A stretch of 64,000 nucleotides of DNA from Podarcis liolepis. Its lineage: Eukaryota. Under the pieces are notes generated by a model, which did no database searches, was not told the origin of the DNA, and was given only the letters and a program-made list of their open reading frames with translations. Shown here one piece after another: positions 62,331 through 64,000 of this stretch (positions are counted from its first letter, which is position 1; the number at the start of each line of letters is the position of its first letter). The DNA lies in the NCBI GenBank assembly GCA_965112155.1, contig OZ218108.1. One strand, 5' to 3'. The position numbers were made by a program, and so were the translations under genes.

Positions 62331-63214
62331 AAATAGAAGTTTCTGTGGGCAGGCATCTCTCAGGGGTGCAATAGGCAGAGGCCAGGGATGAACTATTGGG
62401 GGTCCCTTCTGTTGCTGCAACGCACTGTCTCCGCAGATGGGCTCCTGTCTCTGTCCCCACCCTGCCTGGAATATAATGGAAAGGCAGAACAAGTGTACTT
62501 AAAATGATAATCGCTGGGAAAGAACTGAGCACATCTGTTGAGAGAGACACTCCAAACCAGCTTGAAAAGGTGCTTGTTTTTCATGGCAGTCGTTGGCCCA
62601 GAGCCCAGAAACCAGCAATGCCTACAGGTAGCTAAGGAATCTCTCTTGCCAAGGGCTCTGGCAGGATGGCTGAGTGGATTTTGGTGTGTTTGTAGCATGA
62701 AAGGGAGCAGAGAGAGGCAGCGTCTCCTCTCTGCTGCCTTCTTGATGGGCTTCCACCCATTGCTGTTGGATCTGGGGGTGCCTTCCCCTTTCTGTCCCCT
62801 CTCGATTTCCCCGTGAATGTGTGTAGCCCTGAGTTGGGACCTAAGTCTTGTGTTTGCCACACAGGTTGGCGCCAAGAGAGTCTTGCTGGCTTGGCTTGGC
62901 AGGTCTGGACTGTCCTCAACTCCGCAGTTGCTGGAGGACAGAGAGACGTGGCCTCGCGGATGGTCTTTCGCTTGCTGCGGCCTTTGCCAGGCTGGGCTTT
63001 CTGATGCGAGACAGATGTTGTTAGAAGTGGGGAAACTTTTGGAGACACTAGGCGCTGCGGCAGAGTTGCTTGCTCCTAGTTCCTAGCACCAGCCTAGTGC
63101 CAACAGGCAGACGCACCCTCCTAGCCATTGATCTAGAACTCTGTGTCCGAATGGAGGCAGTGGGCACGGATGCTCTTGACGCTTCTCACTTCCCTTCCTT
63201 CCTCCTGCCCACAG

Positions 63215-63303
63215 CTGGATCCAGAAGCCAGCGACTCTCTCAAGGAGCTGCAGGTGAAGCTGAACAACGTGCTGGATGAGCTCAGTGCTGTGTTTGGTAA
63301 CAG
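63215..63303 (+). CDS. UNC13B: Exon: [29 protein letters not shown]
   Basis: cccacag| acceptor, AG|gtgggt donor; 89 nt, phase 0-2. Confidence 0.96.
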
Positions 63304-64000
63304 GTGGGTGCCAGCAGCCCAGGGGTTGCGGAGGGAGATGGCCTTCCTGCTGTGTCTGCCTCACGAGATGGAAAAAGAGGCCTGGAGTTTGCTCCTTTCC
63401 CTTTTGTTAATCCTCAAATCCTCACGCACGAAAGCAACCGAAGAACCGAGAAACGTTTACGCACTTCTCGCCTGGCTCAAAGTGAAATAGTCTCTGAACT
63501 GTGAAATCCGCCGCGAGTTCATATTCTTGGGATCCTATCGGTGCCAGATTTTGCTTGCCGGCTCATTGACTGAGTGCAATTTCTCTCTTAACATTCAGAG
63601 GGCGATATGGCGGCTTTAGCAAGCGGCAGCTGCATTAAGGGAGAGAAAGTGCTCTCTCTCTCTGGTGCAGCTCTGCTATCAGCACACAAGCGCTTAGTCA
63701 GGGCCGGGAGATAAGGGCATTCCGGTGAGCTCTCCTCAATATTGACAAGGCAAAGTCGGGCTCCTCCTCTGGAATACAGAATCGAAACTGATCACAAGTT
63801 CTAGGGGCCCAGCCAAAAATGTTAAGGGTAGGGTAAATCCCTTGCTTGGATTTGGGACACACAAGCCCATCTCGTAGGTCCTGGACTATTTCCTTCTAGT
63901 AGTGAATGCCTGTCTCCTCCGCTGGCAACCAAATATGGGAGGCATTTTAAACTCTGGGGACTTTCCTTTTCCGCCTCCGCTGCTTCTCCTGCATTCCCTT

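Overview
Vertebrate genomic DNA, most likely a squamate and probably a lacertid lizard (inferred from the SINE/LINE/MITE families present). The whole window lies inside one plus-strand Munc13-family gene, best called UNC13B (Munc13-2); its 5' C2A exons and 3' MUN/C2C exons lie outside the window. I read 21 conventional coding exons with AG/GT boundaries and consistent phases, covering the ubMunc13-2-type N-terminal linker, calmodulin-binding helix, C1, C2B and much of the MUN domain. Less ordinary features: (1) a ~8.8-kb giant exon (879-9695/9717) whose acceptor has the same phase as the next canonical exon, containing a Tyr/Trp-rich core with a cluster of PxDLS-type CtBP/RIBEYE-binding motifs and over 20 short Phe-rich amphipathic motifs; (2) a 6-nt Ala-Met microexon (16786-16791); (3) a candidate in-frame Q/E/N/K repeat exon inside the MUN region (58412-58597); (4) a phase break showing that one exon is missing, probably hidden in the 200-N gap. 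Introns hold CR1, L2 and L1 fragments, tRNA-derived SINEs and several MITEs with intact TIRs/TSDs, including an L2 > internally deleted L1 > Tc1/mariner MITE nest. Comparisons with human/rodent proteins and repeat families are from memory; no searches were run.
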